A stretch of 64,000 bases of DNA from an uncultured Desulfosarcina sp. (GCA_963674945.2 CAXXWQ010000002.1:320001-384000); one strand, 5' to 3'; shown: positions 52,102 to 62,464, counted from the stretch's first letter. Translations and numbers: made by a program. Notes: generated by a model from the sequence alone, not told the origin.

Positions 52102-52452
52102 ACACGGACCCACGCTGACACTCACAAAAAAATAAATCAGCCACGGACCCACACCGACAAAAAAGAAAAGATAATTCGCCACGGACCCACACGGACGCAC
52201 ACAGACAAAACAAGTAAATACTTGCCTTCGGCAAAAAACAGAGAAGTCCATAAAAACGCAGAAGTTGATCATTCGGTTTACGTTTTTCCAGCCAACGGCT
52301 GCATTTAACCTGTCCGTGTGCGTCCGTGTGTGTCCGTGGCAAAAAATCCAAGCCGCAGGCTGCAAAAAACCCGTCAGTGTGAGTCCGTGTGTGTCCGTGG
52401 CCAATTCCCAGCCGAAGGCTGCAAACATAACCCGTCCGTGTAAGTCCGTGGC
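52101..52452. repeat. Family C element E5
   Basis: Left units, full core, three right units. Confidence 0.92.
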
Positions 52453-52557
52453 AAAACTTCGGCCCGAATCCGCTTATGCTCCAAGTGACACCCCATTGTC
52501 CCTGGCTTTATGGTACAATGGCTTTTTATCCTGTCTTACTATAATGGAGTAATATCA

Positions 52558-54204
52558 ATGCCTGAAATTCAGGAAAACATTTCGGTAAGCCCCGATGGTG
52601 AAGCTTTCCCATTACCAACGCCAGCTGACTACGAACAGGAGTCGGTCCGGCTTACCCGGCTCGTCGAACGTCACAAAAAAGAAGGGCGCGAAATCGTCGT
52701 GGTCCAGGGAGTCGGGTTCGTCGGCGCCGTGATGGCCGGCGTCGTCGCCGACTCGACGGACGAAACCGGCAAGCCGGGAAAGTTTGTCATGGGCATGCAG
52801 CGCCCGTCGACGCGATCCTACTGGAAGATTCCCTGCCTGAATCGGGGCGTGGCACCGGTGGAGGCGGAAGATCCGGATGTCGAACCGTTGATCCGGCGTT
52901 GTGTGCTCGAAAAACAGACCCTGACCGCCACCTTCAGCTACGATGCGCTGTCCATGGCCGATGTGGTGGTGGTGGATGTTCAGTGTGACTACCACAAGGA
53001 GACACTGGGCGAGGTGAGAAAAGGGCATGCCGCCATCGGTGCATTGGAGGAAAGCCTGGCCGTGATCGGCGAGAGGATCGATCCCCATTGCCTGGTATTG
53101 ATCGAAACCACGGTGCCGCCGGGAACCACCGAATACGTGGCCTATCCCATCCTGAAAAAGGCGTTCGAGAAACGGGGGCTCAAAGAGGCCGAACCACTGC
53201 TGGCCCATTCCTTCGAAAGAGTCATGCCGGGGCGCAACTATGTCGCCTCCATCAGGGATTTCTGGCGGGTGTGCAGCGGCATCAACCAGGTCGCCCGAGA
53301 CAAGGTGGTCAAGTTCCTGTCGGAAATCCTCAATGTCGACCAATACCCGTTGACCGTTCTGGACCGCCCCATCGAGAGCGAGACCTGCAAGATCGTGGAA
53401 AATTCCTATCGTGCCGCCACTTTGGCCTTTCTGGACGAATGGAGCGTTTTTGCCGAACGAAACGGCGTCGACATCACCAAGGTGGTGGAGGCCATCAAGA
53501 TCCGGCCGACCCACTCCAACCTGATCTTCCCAGGGCCGGGCATCGGCGGTTATTGCCTGCCCAAGGACGGCGGACTGGGCGTGTGGGCCTACCACACGCT
53601 CATGGGCTTCGACGACGACCTGTTCAAGATCACCCCTTTGTCCATCGATATCAATGACACGCGGGCCTTACGGCCTCCCCAGCTGGTGCGGGATGCACTT
53701 CGCAACATGGGAAAGATCGTACCCACCTCCAGGATTGCCGTGCTGGGCATCTCCTACCGCCAGGATGTGGGCGACACCCGCTATTCCGGATCGGAAATCA
53801 TCGTCCGCAAGCTTGCCGAAATGGGTGGGGAAGTCGTCGTCCACGACCCCTACGTCAAGCACTGGTGGGAGTTCGAAAAACAGGATACCTACCCGGCGCC
53901 GGGACACTCGTGGAAACGCTTTTTCAGAAACCAGGACCACCTCGTCGACTTGAGAGTCAAATCCGATCTGGCCGACGCCCTCGAAGGTGTGGACGCGGTG
54001 GTATTGGCCGTTCGGCACTCCGCGTACCTGAACCTCGCGCCGGACCAGGTGGTCGAAATGACCGGCCGGCCCGTGGCCGTCATCGACTGCTTCGGAATTC
54101 TCAGCGATGACCGGATCAGCCGCTATTTTGAGCTCGGCTGTGAAGTCAAGGGGCTCGGCCGGGGGCATGTAAAACGGCTCAAGGATCGGGTGCAAAAAAA
54201 GTGA
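52558..54204 (+). CDS. Nucleotide-sugar dehydrogenase (UDP-glucose/GDP-mannose dehydrogenase family)
   Basis: QGVGFVG, IETTVPPGTT, ETCKIVENSYR, PGPGIGGYCLPKD, LGISYR..VGDTR. Confidence 0.92.
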   Translation: MPEIQENISVSPDGEAFPLPTPADYEQESVRLTRLVERHKKEGREIVVVQGVGFVGAVMAGVVADSTDETGKPGKFVMGMQRPSTRSYWKIPCLNRGVAPVEAEDPDVEPLIRRCVLEKQTLTATFSYDALSMADVVVVDVQCDYHKETLGEVRKGHAAIGALEESLAVIGERIDPHCLVLIETTVPPGTTEYVAYPILKKAFEKRGLKEAEPLLAHSFERVMPGRNYVASIRDFWRVCSGINQVARDKVVKFLSEILNVDQYPLTVLDRPIESETCKIVENSYRAATLAFLDEWSVFAERNGVDITKVVEAIKIRPTHSNLIFPGPGIGGYCLPKDGGLGVWAYHTLMGFDDDLFKITPLSIDINDTRALRPPQLVRDALRNMGKIVPTSRIAVLGISYRQDVGDTRYSGSEIIVRKLAEMGGEVVVHDPYVKHWWEFEKQDTYPAPGHSWKRFFRNQDHLVDLRVKSDLADALEGVDAVVLAVRHSAYLNLAPDQVVEMTGRPVAVIDCFGILSDDRISRYFELGCEVKGLGRGHVKRLKDRVQKK

Positions 54205-54479
54205 TCTCTCGCAGAGGCGCAGAGAGCATAGAGAATTTAGCATATAGCTCATAGCTGATAGGTTTGAAAAACCTACAAATGACCTGTTCACAGACCATTC
54301 ATGACTTTTGCGCTATCAGCTAAAAGCCTACAGGCTACAGCCTAATCACCTATTTTCGTGAAGCGGGCGAGAGATAATAGAATCAGCCATTCGTCATGGG
54401 GATTGAAAATGGCTATGTAATTGGCTATGTTGGATGGTGGGATTGATATGATGGAAAATTTCAGTAGGGGAACAAAAAA

Positions 54480-54755
54480 ATGGAAACTCAATATACCATA
54501 TCCGAAGCCAAGAACAAGTTGCCGTCGATCATACATTCGGTGGAAAAAGGACCATCTGTAAAATTGACGAGGCGTGGACGACCTGTTGCGATATTGTTGT
54601 CAATTAAGGAATACGAGAAATTAGTACGAAAAAATATCAGCTTCTGGAATGCTTTAACAAATTTTCGAAATAAGGCTGGGGAATTTGAAATTTCAGATGA
54701 AGATTTTGTGGGCCTCCGAGATCGTTCTTCCGGAAGGATAGTTGAATCGTTTTGA
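54480..54755 (+). CDS. Phd/YefM antitoxin
   Basis: YTISEAKNKLPSII...LTRRGRPVAILLSIKEYE. Confidence 0.9.
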   Translation: METQYTISEAKNKLPSIIHSVEKGPSVKLTRRGRPVAILLSIKEYEKLVRKNISFWNALTNFRNKAGEFEISDEDFVGLRDRSSGRIVESF

Positions 54756-55174
54756 TGAAATATCTATTGGATACAAACGTTATATCGGAGGCAATCAAAA
54801 CGGTGCCCAATCAAAACGTAATGAATCAACTGCAGAAACATCAAGATGAAATTGCAACGGCTTCACTCGTTTGGCATGAACTCCAGTATGGCTGCAGACG
54901 TTTGCCCAATTCCCGAAAACGATCCCTTATCGAATCGTATCTTTCAGAGGTTGTGTGGCATACGATTGCGATACTCCCCTATGATGCGGCTGCTGCAGAC
55001 TGGCATGCCGAACAGCGAGCACAGTTGACCGCCGCCGGCAAGTCTCCCCCCTTCATTGACGGCCAAATTGCCGCCATCGCCAAGGTAAACAATCTGATTC
55101 TCGTGACCCGAAATATATCGGATTATATGTGCTTTCAGGGTGTAACGTTACGAAACTGGCACGTGCGGAATTAA
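54752..55174 (+). CDS. vapC: PIN-domain toxin (VapC family)
   Basis: YLLDTNVISE, WHEL, IDGQIAAIA, LVTRN. Confidence 0.92.
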   Translation: MMKYLLDTNVISEAIKTVPNQNVMNQLQKHQDEIATASLVWHELQYGCRRLPNSRKRSLIESYLSEVVWHTIAILPYDAAAADWHAEQRAQLTAAGKSPPFIDGQIAAIAKVNNLILVTRNISDYMCFQGVTLRNWHVRN

Positions 55175-55317
55175 TTTGCAAACTGGGCGCGGGGAGCTTG
55201 GAGCCGGGAGCGGATAATAACTGACAAAGAGCAGATGTTGGAAGGGACGAAGGCTGCAAAAATTCTTTCCAACTCAAAATTTAAAACTCAAAATTTAAAA
55301 TTAACCGGAGGTCCCCA

Positions 55318-56163
55318 ATGCCCAAAATTCCCCCAATACTAGTCCCACTGCTAATCTCAACATTATTGATGACGATCTCTTGCTCCGGAGGCGAAATGGA
55401 ACAAAAGAAGGAAGAAAAAAAGGTCACCTACAACAGCCTGAAAGATATCCCCGACAGCGCGTGGGAATCCCTTTCCAAGAAGAAAATATACTTTGGCCAT
55501 CAATCCGTGGGCTACAATATTCTCGATGGTGTCCGGGACATCATGAAGGAGAATCCCAAAATCAAATTGAACATCGTCGAAGGCAACGATGCAAACTTAC
55601 TGGTACCAGGGACATTGCTGCATTCGAAAGTGGGAAAAAACACGGAACCGAAAACCAAAATAGACGAGTTCGTTTCATTTGTCGAAAACGGCATGGGAAA
55701 AAAAGCCGATGCGGCCGCATTGAAACTCTGCTACGTGGACATCCGGGAGAATGCCGACCCGAAAGCTCTTTTTGCCGAATACGAAGCGGAAATTGAAAAG
55801 CTTCGAAAGGCGTACCCTGACTTGACAATCATTCATTTCACGTCTCCTTTGACGAAATTGCAGGCCGGCCCGAAAGCCTGGGTCAAAAAAATCATCGGCC
55901 GCACATTAGGTGGAACAAAAGAGAATATTAACAGGCACGCTTACAACGAACTTTTACGTGCCAGGTATAAGGGGAAAGAGCCGATCCTGGACATTGCCGA
56001 GATCGAATCCACGAAACCGGATGGCACCCGTTCTTCTTTCCAAAGCGATGGTAAGACCTATTATTCCATGGTTCCCGAATATACCAATGATGGCGGGCAC
56101 CTGAATGAAGTCGGCCGCAAAAAGGTTGCCGAACAGTTTATTCTTTTGGTGGCCAATCTGTAA
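55318..56163 (+). CDS. Putative lipoprotein with SGNH-hydrolase-like fold
   Basis: Lipobox-like TISC; IYFGHQSVG block I-like motif; C-terminal DGGHLN. Confidence 0.65.
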   Translation: MPKIPPILVPLLISTLLMTISCSGGEMEQKKEEKKVTYNSLKDIPDSAWESLSKKKIYFGHQSVGYNILDGVRDIMKENPKIKLNIVEGNDANLLVPGTLLHSKVGKNTEPKTKIDEFVSFVENGMGKKADAAALKLCYVDIRENADPKALFAEYEAEIEKLRKAYPDLTIIHFTSPLTKLQAGPKAWVKKIIGRTLGGTKENINRHAYNELLRARYKGKEPILDIAEIESTKPDGTRSSFQSDGKTYYSMVPEYTNDGGHLNEVGRKKVAEQFILLVANL

Positions 56164-56169
56164 AAAGAT

Positions 56170-56485
56170 AATTAGCCACGGACCCACACGGACGCACACG
56201 GACAAAAGAGAAAAGATAAATCAGCCACAGACCCACACGGACCCACACAGACAAAACAAATAAATACTTGCCTTCGGCAAAAAACAGAGAAGCCCATAAA
56301 AACGCAGAAGTTGATCATTCGGTTTACGTTTTTCCAGCCAACGGCTGCATTTAGCTCGTCCGTGTGCGTTCGTGGCAAAATTCCCAGCCGCAGGCTGTAA
56401 AAAAAACCGTCCGTGTGCGTCCGTGTGCGTCCGTGGCCAATTCCCAGCCGCAGGCTGCAAAAACTTGTCCGTGTGATTCAGTGGT
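56170..56485. repeat. Family C element E6
   Basis: Left units, full core and right units ending about 12 bp before the GxxExxY ATG. Confidence 0.92.
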
Positions 56486-56496
56486 AAAAATCAAAA

Positions 56497-56859
56497 ATGA
56501 AAGAAGATAAACTAACCTATGAAATAAACGGTGCTGTTTTCGAAGTAAACAAGGTGCTCGGCGCTGGTTTTCTTGAAAAGGTCTATGAAAATGCACTGAT
56601 AGAGGAACTCAAGGCGAGGGGAATTAAAGCAGAAAGCCAAGTTCCAATCAAAGTACAATACAAGGAAAAAATTGTCGGCGAATATTTTGCCGATATTTTA
56701 GTCGAAAATAAAATTATCCTTGAGATTAAAGCAGTAGAAAGATTGTCCGGTATCCACGAAGCCCAAATTTTGAACTACTTGAAAGCCACCGATTACAAAG
56801 TTGGTTTGCTGATTAATTTCACCTACCCAAAGGCTGAAATAAAACGATTTGTTGTTTAA
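56497..56859 (+). CDS. GxxExxY protein (PD-(D/E)xK nuclease-like)
   Basis: GFLEKVY motif, ADILVE..IILEIK, QILNYLKA, GLLINF. Confidence 0.93.
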   Translation: MKEDKLTYEINGAVFEVNKVLGAGFLEKVYENALIEELKARGIKAESQVPIKVQYKEKIVGEYFADILVENKIILEIKAVERLSGIHEAQILNYLKATDYKVGLLINFTYPKAEIKRFVV

Positions 56860-57163
56860 TTCGCCACGGACCCACACAGACCCACACAGACAAAAAAAGA
56901 AAAGCGAATTGGCCACGGACGCACACGGACGCACACAGACAAAAAAGAAAAGATAAATTGGCCACGGACCCACACGGATGCACACGGACAAAAAAAGAAA
57001 AGATAAATCAGCCACAGACCCACACGGACCCACACAGACAAAACAAGTAAATACTTGCCTTCGGCAAAAAACAGAGAAGCCCATAAAAACGCAGAAGTTG
57101 ATCATTCGGTTTACGTTTTTCCAGCCAACGGCTGCATTTAGTTCGTCCGTGTGCGTCCGTGGC
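56859..57163. repeat. Family C element E7
   Basis: Four left units, full core and one right unit; begins at the GxxExxY stop. Confidence 0.92.
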
Positions 57164-57424
57164 AAACATTGCGGTTTATGTGCCTCAAATGAAAAGGCCG
57201 AGATGAAGTAGCCCAAAAATCATGAATTTTCTCCCAAATTTAATTAACTTTTTAGTGATTTCAGCCGATTTTATTATGTGTCCATCCCAAAGCTGGTGAC
57301 GCGCCTCGGAATCCAGGCGGCGGAGCTTTGTACTTGATTCCCACCTGTTTCATCCTGCACCGCAAAGACGCAGAGTGCGCAAAGAGGGCAAACATTATTG
57401 GGCATCGCCGAAAGATACAAAGAA

Positions 57425-57689
57425 TCAGCCACAGACCCACACAGACCCACACAGACAAAAAAGTAAATACTTGCCTTCGGCAAAAAACAGAGAAGCCCAT
57501 AAAAACGCAGAAGTTGATCATTCGGTTTACGTTTTTCCAGCCAACGGCTGCATTTAACTCGTCCGTGTGTGTCCGTGGCCAATTCCCAGCCGAAGGCTGC
57601 AAAAAACCCGTCAGTGTGCGTCCGAGTGTGTCCGTGGCCAATTCCCAGCCGAAGGCTGCAAACATAACTCGTCCGTGTGAGTCCATGGC
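57425..57689. repeat. Family C element E8
   Basis: One left unit, full core and three right units. Confidence 0.9.
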
Positions 57690-57730
57690 AAAAACTCAAA
57701 AATTAATAATTACTGTTGGTAGAGGCAACC

Positions 57731-59143
57731 ATGTATGACGACAAAATGATCGAGATGAGCAGGGTCGTGTACCTTTTTGATCTCCTCATTACCAATATCG
57801 CGTTTGTACTGGCCATTTGGGGTCGCCAATTATTACTGCCTGACGGCAATATCGATTTTTACACCCATTTATACATCCTCCCCTTGCTCCTATTTTTCAC
57901 CATTGGTTTTTTCTTTTACACCGGTGTCTACAGCAACCCGCGATATACGACGCTAATTGATTTCGCCAAGTCGATATTCAAGGCCGTTGTCCTTTCAATC
58001 GGCACGATGCTGACGCTTCTGTTTTTTCTTAAAGTCGATTTCATCAGCCGCGCGGTAATTCTGAATTTTTCGGTGATCGAGTTTTTTTTGGTATTCACTT
58101 ATCGAGGTTTCATAAAATCACATTATGAAAAAATAGCAAAAGATGGATCGGGAGCGCTTCATGTGCTGATCATCGGAACGGGGGAACGGGCAAAAGAGTT
58201 ATCGGCCATGCTTCGGGAAAAAGCCGAATTGGGAATAAAGATTATCGGCCACCTGGATCCGGATCCGTCGTGTGTCGGAAGTACGGTTCTTGATGTCCCG
58301 GTTATCGGTGTGGTTGACGATATCAGTTCAGTGCTGGAAAAAAACGTGGTCGATGAAGTCATCATCGCCATCCCGCGGACCATGCTGCAAGACGCTGAGC
58401 CCATCGCCCATGCCTGTGAAGAGGAGGGGATCAAGCTGAGACTGATGGCGGATGTGTTCAACCTGAATACGGCGAGAATTCGATTGAAAGAACTCGGAAA
58501 AACGCCGTTGTTGACCTTGGAGCCGGTGGCACAGGATGAGATCAAGTTACTGGTAAAACGTATTTTCGATTTTGCCGCTTCATTGACCCTTCTCATCATC
58601 GCTTTGCCGGTGATGGTTATTGTTGCCATTGCCATAAAATTGGATTCGACGGGGCCGATCCTTTTTGTTCAACAGCGGGTGGGCTTGAACAAAAGACGTT
58701 TTCCCATGTTTAAATTTCGATCCATGTGCGCTGATGCGGAGAGCTAAATGCGTGATCTGGAGGCGCTGAATGAAGCAGAAGGTCCCATTTTCAAGATAGA
58801 ACATGACCCGCGGATAACCCGTGTCGGCAACTTTATCCGAAAAACAAGCATAGATGAATTGCCCCAGCTCTTCAATGTATTGCGGGGAGAAATGAGTCTT
58901 GTGGGTCCGCGGCCCATGTCCATCCGCGATGTGGATCGGTTCGATCAAGGCATTCAGCGAAAGCGCTTCAGTGTCAAGCCTGGACTCACGTGCATCTGGC
59001 AGGTGTCGGGCCGTAGCAATTTGCCGTTTGAAAAGTGGCTGGAATTGGATCTTGAGTATATTGAAAATTGGGGCCTGTTGTTAGATCTTAAGATCTTGTT
59101 TAAAACAATTCCAGCGGTATTGATGACAAAAGGGGCGGCGTAA
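57731..59143 (+). pseudogene. Second sugar transferase (WcaJ/CpsE-like) split by an in-frame TAA at 58745-58747
   Basis: ...KFRSMCADAES-TAA-ATG RDLEALNE...IDELPQL..GEMSLVGPRP continues in the same frame. Confidence 0.85.
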
Positions 59144-59192
59144 GAAAAGCGCATACCTCATGGCTAATAGCAGTCGAAGAACTGGAAACAAT

Positions 59193-59397
59193 AATTGGCC
59201 ACGGACCCACACGGACGCACACAGACAAGAACAATAAATTTACATGGCCTTTGGCCAAAAAAGCATTGTATCAATAATAAGCCTATTTTTTTTCAGCCGA
59301 AGGCTTACCCGAGTTGCTGTCCGTGTGAGTCTGTGTGTGTCCGTGGAAAAACCCCAGCCGCAGGCTGAATAAAAACCTGTCCGTGTGTGTCTGTGGC
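59193..59397. repeat. Family C element E9 (diverged core)
   Basis: Left unit, AT-rich core and two right units. Confidence 0.85.
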
Positions 59398-59415
59398 AAA
59401 GAATTCTTAAAAAAC

Positions 59416-60546
59416 ATGTCTAAAGAAGCAAACACAGTCATAATCGGTGCCGGCGTGGTCGGCCTGGCGATTGCGGCAGAATTATCCCGAGAACGCAAAA
59501 ACATATTCGTTATCGAGAAAAATGGCCGTTTCGGCCAGGAAACAAGCAGTCGCAACAGTGAAGTGATTCATTCGGGGATATATTATCCGCCTGGCTCACT
59601 CAAGGCAAGTCTTTGTGTCGAGGGCAACCGACAATTGTATGAGATTTGCGAAAGGCATCGCATCCCTCACAACAAATGCGGCAAAATCATCATTGCTACT
59701 CGCGAAGATGAGGTGGAGCAACTCTATCGGATTCGTAAGAATGCGCAAAAATGCGGTGTCGACAACCTCTCGTTTTTATCTGCCAAAGACATAAAAGCCT
59801 ATGAGCCAACTGTTACGGCAGTCGCAGGTCTTTATTCGCCAGACACCGGTATCATCAATGCGCATCAACTCATGCGGCTCTATTTCGCCCAATCACAAAA
59901 AAACAAGGTCAATTTTGTTTTTCATGCGGAAGTGGACCAAATCAAGCCGGCCTCGCGTCAGGGATACATCATTCGTGTGATCTATCCCGACGGACAGAGC
60001 GACAGCCTGGAAACCAGCCACCTGATCAATTGCGCCGGATTGGAATCGGACATGGTTGCGCAAATGATGGGTGTCGATATCGATAAACACAACTTCCGTC
60101 TGCAATACTGGAAAGGGGACTATTTTTCTTTAGACTCAAAATTTACCTTCAAACATCTTGTGTATCCGGTTCCACGCCCAAACAATGAGGGGTTGGGCAT
60201 TCATTTAACAATCGATTTAAGCGGAAGGTCAAAATTGGGGCCGGATGCAGCATATCTTCCCGAAAGAAATATCGACTATTACGTATCGGAAGACAAAACA
60301 GATGCATTTTTAAGAGCCGTAAAATGTTATTTGCCATTTATTGAGCGGGGCCATCTTAAACCGGACATGGCGGGCATTCGCCCCAAACTTCAAAAACCGG
60401 GGGAGGCTGTCAGGGATTTTATCATCCAGGAAGAGTCAACCAATGGTTTGCCTGGAGTAGTAAATTTGATCGGTATTGAATCCCCAGGATTGACCTCAAG
60501 CCCCGCAATTGCCAAATATGTGGGTAACCTTCTGGCTGGAACGTAG
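59416..60546 (+). CDS. FAD-dependent oxidoreductase, L-2-hydroxyglutarate oxidase (LhgO)-like
   Basis: IIGAGVVGLA, ETSSRNSEVIHSGIYY, LGIHLT, GIRPKL, GIESPGLT. Confidence 0.88.
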   Translation: MSKEANTVIIGAGVVGLAIAAELSRERKNIFVIEKNGRFGQETSSRNSEVIHSGIYYPPGSLKASLCVEGNRQLYEICERHRIPHNKCGKIIIATREDEVEQLYRIRKNAQKCGVDNLSFLSAKDIKAYEPTVTAVAGLYSPDTGIINAHQLMRLYFAQSQKNKVNFVFHAEVDQIKPASRQGYIIRVIYPDGQSDSLETSHLINCAGLESDMVAQMMGVDIDKHNFRLQYWKGDYFSLDSKFTFKHLVYPVPRPNNEGLGIHLTIDLSGRSKLGPDAAYLPERNIDYYVSEDKTDAFLRAVKCYLPFIERGHLKPDMAGIRPKLQKPGEAVRDFIIQEESTNGLPGVVNLIGIESPGLTSSPAIAKYVGNLLAGT

Positions 60547-60566
60547 TACCCATATTCCAAGTCATC

Positions 60567-60968
60567 TCAAAATAAACGAAACAAAATTATAGAGCATCCA
60601 AGCTGGACGAGAGCGAGAAAATTCTCAACATGGTATTCATACCTCACAACCAAGCGCCTGAAGTTTTGAATCCAGGCAAAAAGACGCTCAACCTTCCATC
60701 TACGCTGATAACGGCGAAGTTTACGGCCATCTTGGGTACGCAACCTTTTTCGGTTCCGTTTATGGGGCGCGATCAATTCAATGGCGCGCTCATCAGAAAG
60801 CTGTTGATCAAGTTTATCGCTGTCATAAGCCTTATCGCCAATAAGACGATCAGGTGCATAATATGTGAACCCGCTGTCGATCGTCGCTTCAACCAGTTTT
60901 ACTTCGTGGGGAGAAGCGCTTTCAACGTGAGCGGCGACAGGAAAACCAGCAGCGTCTGCGATGGCCAT
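60567..60968 (-). CDS. IS5 transposase C-terminal DDE ORF
   Basis: [28 protein letters not shown]. Confidence 0.88.
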   Translation of the reverse strand: MAIADAAGFPVAAHVESASPHEVKLVEATIDSGFTYYAPDRLIGDKAYDSDKLDQQLSDERAIELIAPHKRNRKRLRTQDGRKLRRYQRRWKVERLFAWIQNFRRLVVRYEYHVENFLALVQLGCSIILFRLF

Positions 60969-61339
60969 GATCTTGGTACCTTTGCCGCGCTTTGTCTTGC
61001 CGACAGCAAGACTCCTTTTTTTGCCGGCACAAAAGTTCCGTCGATAAAGGCTTCGCGGATGTAAATACCGCCTCGCTCATACAGATCTTGTGCAAGCTCA
61101 TGGGCGATACGCCTAAAGGCGCCTTGTTTAACCCATTGCTGGAACCGTCTGTGGCATGTCTGGTATGGCGGGTACCTTGCTGGTAAATCCTTCCAAGGTG
61201 CGCCGGTTCGTAATATCCATAATATCCCGTTCATGACTTCTCGGGGATCACGTGCTTTGCGACCCCTTGGATCTTTACCAGGAGTTGTTGAGATAATTAT
61301 GGGCTCTATCCGATTCCATTGTTCGTTTGTTAGTTCCAT
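60899..61339 (-). CDS. IS5 transposase N-terminal ORF
   Basis: [47 protein letters not shown] with an A7 slippery run. Confidence 0.88.
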   Translation of the reverse strand: MELTNEQWNRIEPIIISTTPGKDPRGRKARDPREVMNGILWILRTGAPWKDLPARYPPYQTCHRRFQQWVKQGAFRRIAHELAQDLYERGGIYIREAFIDGTFVPAKKGVLLSARQSAAKVPRSWPSQTLLVFLSPLTLKALLPTK

Positions 61340-61441
61340 CCTGATTATATAGTATATTCAGGACGTTATGTCTAGTTTTAAATTTGTTGTGAATTCAATT
61401 GGTTAAGGCTTATTTTTTTTTGAGATAGGTTCTCATAAAGG

Positions 61442-61748
61442 ATCCGCGATGTGGATCGGTTCGATCGAGGCATTCAGCGAAAGCGTTTCAGCGTCAAGCC
61501 CGGACTCACGTGCATCTGGCAGGTGTCGGGGCGGAGTAATTTGCCGTTTGAAAAGTGGTTGGAGCTGGATCTTAAATACATCGAAGATTGGAGCCTTTGA
61601 CTGGATATAAAGATTTTGTTTAAAACAATTCCTGCAGTATTGATGACAAAGAGGGTGGCGTAAGAAAAGCGCATAGCTTATGGTTAATAGCAGTCAAAGA
61701 ACTGGGAACAATAATTGGCCACGGACCCACACGGACGCACACAGACAA
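61442..61748 (+). pseudogene. Diverged duplicate of 58922-59228 (sugar transferase 3' end plus downstream spacer), with internal TGA
   Basis: Colinear ~307-bp direct repeat at an offset of 2520 bp. Confidence 0.9.
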
Positions 61749-62046
61749 AGGAAAAAAAGGTAGAAGGTTGTCGGTGCAAGGTGGCGCTAAAGCTGACAAG
61801 CGATCAACAACACTCCAAATACAATTTTTATCACCTCCGCGCCTCCGCGTTCTCGAGCAAAGCGGGCGTGAGATAAAAATAATAGCTTCTCGCAGAGCCG
61901 CAGGGCTCACAGAGAGTAACAGCAGTATTTTGGGCCTATGCCCAAAAAACAGTTGCAGACGCACTAAGGCAAAAGAATCAAATAAACGTCCCAGCCGCAG
62001 GCTGCAAATATAACCCGTCTGTGTGAGTCCGTGTGGGTCCGTGGCA
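61713..62046. repeat. Family C element E10 enclosing 9-mer family arms
   Basis: Left unit at 61713, right unit at 61991-62046, ctccgcgcctccgcg and cgcagagccgcag arms inside. Confidence 0.8.
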
Positions 62047-62059
62047 AAATAGCGAAAGA

Positions 62060-62464
62060 ATGAAAGTGAATCCCAGATTCGCCATACCAGCAATAATTAT
62101 CACCCTGCTAATTTTCTACGCATCATCCGTTCCGGACATGACCATCGTTTCTGCGAACGAACATGTTGACAATATCGTGTCAAATCTTGCCCACATACCG
62201 GCCTTTATGTGTCTGAGCTTCCTTTGGTTGTTTGGATTCAGTAATAAACAAAGTAAAAAGAAAGAGATTGGAATCCTGATCTTCCTTTTGCTTTTTGCAA
62301 CATCAGACGAAATTCACCAATCCTTTGTTCCTGGACGTACTGCAGCAATATCTGATCTGATCCTCGATGCTATAGGGATATCGTTTGGATATATTTTGTA
62401 TCGGTTTTGGGGAAGGAACAACTTCATTTTGCACCGCAAAGACGCAAAGTGCGCAAAGGAGTAA
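62060..62464 (+). CDS. VanZ-like family membrane protein
   Basis: LIFYASSVP, AHIPAF, SDEIHQSFVPGRTA..SDLILD. Confidence 0.88.
   Translation: MKVNPRFAIPAIIITLLIFYASSVPDMTIVSANEHVDNIVSNLAHIPAFMCLSFLWLFGFSNKQSKKKEIGILIFLLLFATSDEIHQSFVPGRTAAISDLILDAIGISFGYILYRFWGRNNFILHRKDAKCAKE

Larger units (their letters stand above)
60557..61433 (-). mobile_element. IS5-family element with a two-ORF, frameshifted transposase; ends approximate
   Basis: Imperfect ends aagtcatctcaaaa / ttttgagataggttct; overlapping ORFs A and B. Confidence 0.85.

Noticed and set aside
43075..57689. Family C tandem ~48-bp units as a CRISPR array
   Set aside because: Linkers are short, A-rich and near-identical rather than unique spacers; units occur in both orientations; no cas genes in the window
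42583..57738. Repeated ORFs such as ...WKNVNRMINFCVFMGF... and ...RTHTD...
   Set aside because: They are translations of the family C repeats, with variable frames and no consistent start
43075..62046. Classical integron cassette array (attC sites)
   Set aside because: No tyrosine integrase in the window and I could not identify RYYYAAC/GTTRRRY attC ends; only the general architecture is similar
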